Of a stretch of DNA of 64,000 nucleotides, positions 59,359 to 64,000 are shown piece after piece. The position numbers were made by a program, and so were the translations under genes. The notes under the pieces were generated by a model. It did no database searches, was not told the origin of the DNA, and was given only the letters and a program-made list of their open reading frames with translations. The stretch comes from Azolla caroliniana (lineage: Eukaryota > Plantae > Polypodiophyta), in contig JBHGNT010000017.1 of the NCBI GenBank assembly GCA_043228905.1, forward strand, positions 15,438,001-15,502,000, given 5' to 3'. Positions within the stretch are counted from its first letter, which is position 1, and each line of letters starts with the position of its first letter.

Positions 59359-61453
59359 ATGGCTTCTTGTTTCTCCGATCCTTCTCTGCTTCTCCATCCT
59401 GTCAGATTCCAGCCTCCGCTCTTCGCTTCGAAGCCACTGTCTCTGAGAATCGGCTCTGTCCAATCCCAGAAGAAGAAGATGGAGAAGATCGAAAGCAGAG
59501 CCTATCTCACCCTTTCCTCTTCTTATTCAGAATCGAGCTTGTCTAGTAGCCGATATTATAGAGAGGATGATGGTATCGTGATCGTTGATCATGGGTCTCG
59601 AAGGACCCAATCCAACACCATGCTAGGTATTTTTTATACAATTGATTTCTTCTTCTTATTTCCATAAAGGTTCCAATTAGTTTCCAGACTGATGTAAAAG
59701 GATGACATCTCTTTCTTCATGGTACTGTGATTTTACAGAGGAGTTTGTTGATATGTTCAAGAAAAAAACTGGTCATTTGAATGTAGAACCAGCTCACATG
59801 GTATACGCATATAATTTCTCATTAAAGTTGAACTTCTTTCTTTCTTGCTAAAATGTATAAGGTTTAGGGTTTTAAACATCTATTGATTATTGTTGTTTCT
59901 TCATTGAAAGGAACTCGCAAAGCCATCCATAAAAGAAGCATTCACTAAATGTGTCGGCAAAGGGGCCACAAGAATTATCATCTCCCCTTATTTTCTTTCT
60001 CCTGGTCGACATTGGGATAAGGTATAGTTAGAAATGATTAAGGTTTATTTCTTGAATGATCATCTCCCCTTATTTTCTCCCATTGGGTTGTCATTGAAAT
60101 AATATGCAACTGGAAACTGTTAAGGTTTTTTGCCTTTCTAAAAATTTCATTTATAAAATGTATTAAGTATGATATCATAGTTTGGCAGGTATACATAATG
60201 TGGAAATAATATAAGAACCCGTTTTGAACCTTCATGTTGAGATGTTTACTGGATTCTTAAAATACTGTGAAAGTTGTTTTGAAGATTTACTTTGATTTTT
60301 TACTTCTTAATTTTTTCCGATCTCCTAGATCCGAGTGCATATTTTACACTAGAAATTATTTAAGAAATATTTGAAAATTTCATTTGATTTACTTGATCCG
60401 ATTCTTTTGGAAGCCTATGTATAACATACACTAGAAATAAATCAAAAGGTTTTTATTTTTATTTTTTCTCTTGTAGCTTTATATTCTTGGGGAAGAAGCG
60501 ATTATAATTAAAGAGGTTTGATTGTATCTCTTGTAATTTGGAAACAGGATATCCCAGCTTTGGCATTAGAAGCTGCAAGTGAACACCCTAACATATCATA
60601 CATTGTCACAGCACCCATTGGTTTGCATGATCTTATGGTGGTACTGTTCCATACTTCAAAAATCATAATTACTGTATGATTGCTATTATGTTAGGCTTAG
60701 TAACCAATTGAATGATTAAATGTTAGCGGCCTGTAGATATTGTTAGAAGAAACGATTTAATAAGTTTCTCAATTAGATAAAGGCCAAAGTACAATTGATT
60801 ATTTTCTTTTTTGTTATTATATTCCTGAGCTTCTCTAGTATCGAAGTTTAAACACAAAAGTATCCATATATACTCACAAAATTCTTATTTTGTTTCAGTA
60901 ATATCAAAGCAACCAACTTTCTTGCCGTCATATCTAAGACTATACATAGAAATTAAATTGTTATGGAATATTTTGAACAATTATGGCAGGAGGATGGGTA
61001 AAAAAACGATCAATCATTTATATGCTGGATGAGTATATTATCATTTTAGAAAACAGGGCCCGGTTTATTATATCCACAAATTCTATGTGATTTCAACTAG
61101 CATAAATTTATAGCACTTTCTACAAGCTTGGCAATATCCGCATTGCAAATATTGAGAGCTAAATATAAAAAATATATATTGATATGAAGTAAAGAAGCAT
61201 GTTGTGATCCATATATACTATGTACTATGTTATTATGATATTATTTTACAATTACCTCAGGTTCTAGAGTTCTCGTAAGATAATAGGATTTTTGACTAAG
61301 AAACTCATAAAGATGATATAGAATCTCTTTTGTGATTTTCAGGATATCTTACAAGATAGAATAAACTACTGCTTGCACCAAGCAAGCGGTGAAGTTTCTG
61401 AATGCAAGATGTGTATGGGAACAGGGCGATGCAAAATTCTCGAGTCTTCATAA
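59359..61453 (+). CDS. SIRB: Chloroplast sirohydrochlorin ferrochelatase (CbiX/SirB family, 214 aa)
   Basis: Exons 59359-59626, 59739-59800, 59911-60021, 60548-60640 and 61343-61453 total 645 nt. Motifs IVIVDHGSRR, EPAHMELAKPSI, PYFLSPGRHW and a C-terminal Fe-S Cys cluster (ECKMCMGTGRC). Confidence 0.95.
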
Positions 61454-61499
61454 CTTTCAAAAGTTGTTGAAAGTTTGTGTAATATGATGGAGAACAAAA

Positions 61500-61900
61500 G
61501 CTTCCAAGTGGGTTCTTCTAAGGTTCGTGCAATCTTGCAACGCATAAGAGAGGAGACATCATCCCACTTCAACAAAGTAGTAAAATCTTGGTGAAAACTA
61601 TAATAGATATATCTGTATTTTTCTCCTTTTTTCAAAATTGCATCTTTATAAATCTTAGTTTTATGTGTATATAAGAAGCTGTTCCACTATAAGGCACACT
61701 TTTTACACACATTGGAGGACGAATTTGTAATCAGGCCCCCTTATGTCAGCATCTATCCCATGTGCTGCACATTGTGATAGGGCACATGCAGACCTTTGGA
61801 AGATATGCATGCACACCTTTGGAAGAAATAATTTTCCAATTGTGTCATTAGGGGGTGAAATATGAAGAACACTTGTTATCACTGCACAATGTTTTATGAA
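61500..61900 (+). pseudogene. Possible hAT transposase remnant
   Basis: CCA TGT GCT GCA CAT TGT encodes PCAAHC near 61758, a hAT motif. Surrounding frames are broken. Confidence 0.35.
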
Positions 61901-64000
61901 ATAAGAGGGAGATACCATTGCCTCTTTAACCAAGACATTGGCCTACTGTGCAATGTAATGGAATATGAGAAAGAATGGTGTTTTGGGTTGTTCTTGCTAC
62001 ATATTGTCGATTGGTGCTGGTCACTCTCCACCCATTTCTTGAAGATCCATTGCCTGTGGCAACCTGTTGCTGCCCCCGATTTGGCATTGACCCCATGCTA
62101 CTGCTATTTTGTTGCCTATCCACTAGATTACCAATTCAACTGATTTGTCGCAGCCACATTGGCTGATTGCCCCACCCTAGTTGCTGCTATCCTACCTCTG
62201 TCAATGACTGGTCTATTGTATAGACCCTCCAAAGTTTAAGCCTTGCTTTCTCCACTGTCCAACCAAAACCACAACTAAGTCGCCTATCAATACCAACACC
62301 TTATCCATCCCAGTATGCCCCCGTTTGCTCATGTCTGAAGGAAGCAATGAAGAGGCAGGCATCAATTTTTGAGAAATTTATTATTTTATCTTGTTTGGAT
62401 CTATTTGCCTAATGGTCAAGGCCCTTTGATTGTTTAACGATGGAGTTTTGGTTTTTCCATGTAAATACGTTGTCCCATGGGTGCCACAGTATTGGCTATC
62501 CAAGGGGGGACATGTAAATTGGGTTGCAAGGTTAAAATGTAAGCTCACTACGCAAGGTAATGTAATATGAAGACCACCAACAATGCTTAAGACATCTGTG
62601 CTGCCTTAGTTTTAATACCAAGTAATTTCGATAAACGATTAAGCTTGAAAGACCTATAGGATTCAACTTCTCGGTGTAATAATCAATCGTATCTATCACA
62701 AATTTTTGGTGAGTAACTTCGGTTACAATCGTTTTGTAAAGAAGTAAACATTGAGAAATCGATGAGGATACTTCTCGTTATTCTGAGTGATTTTGTTGAC
62801 ACTAGTACCAACACCACCTAGTAGTTCGCTTCTTGTTTTTGATACACCGCAAATCGATTTATCTAAGTCATACTTTAGTTTTAAAGATACTCTCCCGAAA
62901 GAGGAGAAAGAGGAATCTCTGATTGTATCTAGCCATCCATGCACATTAGACTGGACATCCCTATACTCATCAATTTGAAATGCAAAATATCCACACTCTA
63001 TGTTAGCTTTCCATTCCAATAATCTTTCTTCAATTGCAATTCTTGTTACACCAGTTGATTGCTAGAACTCAAGAGGCATAGGGGGCGTTGTTGGACAACA
63101 ATAGAACCACAACAGCTCATCAACAGAGAACTTTCAGTTGATCTTAGTTCATAATCTTAAGTTCTTAGATATCTAGATTCTTCAGTAACCATGCCTACTT
63201 AAATTTGTTTTGAGTGTTTTTTTAAAGATGATCAAACATGTTAAGATGCAATATCTGGCTTGCTCACATCGGCCATTTTGGCGTCTTAAAAGACATTATT
63301 ATAGGTTTCTCTATCACCACACTTTGTATCCTTGCTTTATAATTTTCTTTTCAATGCCTAATGCTAGTTCATTTTGTATGCATGAAATATCACATAATAA
63401 TTATGTTGTCAATTTTAATGTTGTTCTCTCTCTCTCTCTCTTAACTATTCAATTTCGCTGTGTTTGCTTTGACACCAAATGTATTCTTATCCACGTACGA
63501 ATCAAGGAAAAGAAAGGCAAATAAAGTTTGAAAATTCAGTATGAAATCTTAGCTCATGTTCCTTAGAAACTGAAATTTAATCATTTCAATAAAATTATTG
63601 AAATCTATAATCTAATCTCTTAATATCTCTAATAACCTTGTATTCTTGAATTAGGCTAAGCTCTAATAAGCTTGCATGCAAAATGCGGACGGTAGGACTT
63701 AAATGTGTGTGTGTATTTGTGTGCGCTGAATTATTTTGGAGGACCTTTTCCAACTTGAAGCCAAGAATGACTTGGTATCAAGGTTAACTAAAAAGGTGAG
63801 ATTGTAACTTCCAAGCATATAATGATAGTATAGAGTTGTTTAGCAGTGTGGAATTCATGCTTGATGCAAATATCAATCGGTGAAATTGCGTAATGCTATT
63901 CCTGGGGATGAAGCATTTGGGAATGGTTTCACGTTCTCAGTTGGAGGAACGGTCTCCCATATCAATTCTGACGGTAATTTTGGGATTCCATAAAGCTGAA

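Noticed and set aside
62723-63100. Exon-like minus-strand ORF of 98 aa
   Set aside because: It has an upstream in-frame stop, no recognisable domain and no linked exons.
63860-64000. Possible terminal exon of a gene continuing beyond the window
   Set aside because: Short open frames exist on both strands, so strand and identity cannot be decided here.

Overview
Eukaryotic, AT-rich, repeat-dense land-plant DNA. It is probably from a fern or other non-seed plant; this is inferred from the PPR fragments and the fungal-like self-priming chromovirus, not established. Host genes I could reconstruct by hand with GT-AG introns: eIF6 (53477-55811, 245 aa), plastid sirohydrochlorin ferrochelatase SirB (59359-61453), an EGF-repeat type-I membrane protein (44989-42510, minus), a single-exon plastid-targeted membrane protein (39360-40028) and a candidate small secreted peptide (3657-3998). 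The rest is mostly nested mobile DNA: three related Ty1/copia elements, a chromodomain Ty3/gypsy element, solo LTRs, MITEs, and LINE and PPR fragments. The most striking object is an 8.1-kb DNA transposon (12203-20303) with 36-bp TIRs and TTAA flanks. It encodes a Sola-like DDD transposase on the minus strand. Divergently from it, it encodes an intron-containing ParB-like + beta-class (N6A/N4C-type) DNA amino-methyltransferase fusion. Both genes in this copy are pseudogenised, mainly by C-to-T-type stops. All coordinates were read by eye, and family assignments rest on motif recognition, not database searches.
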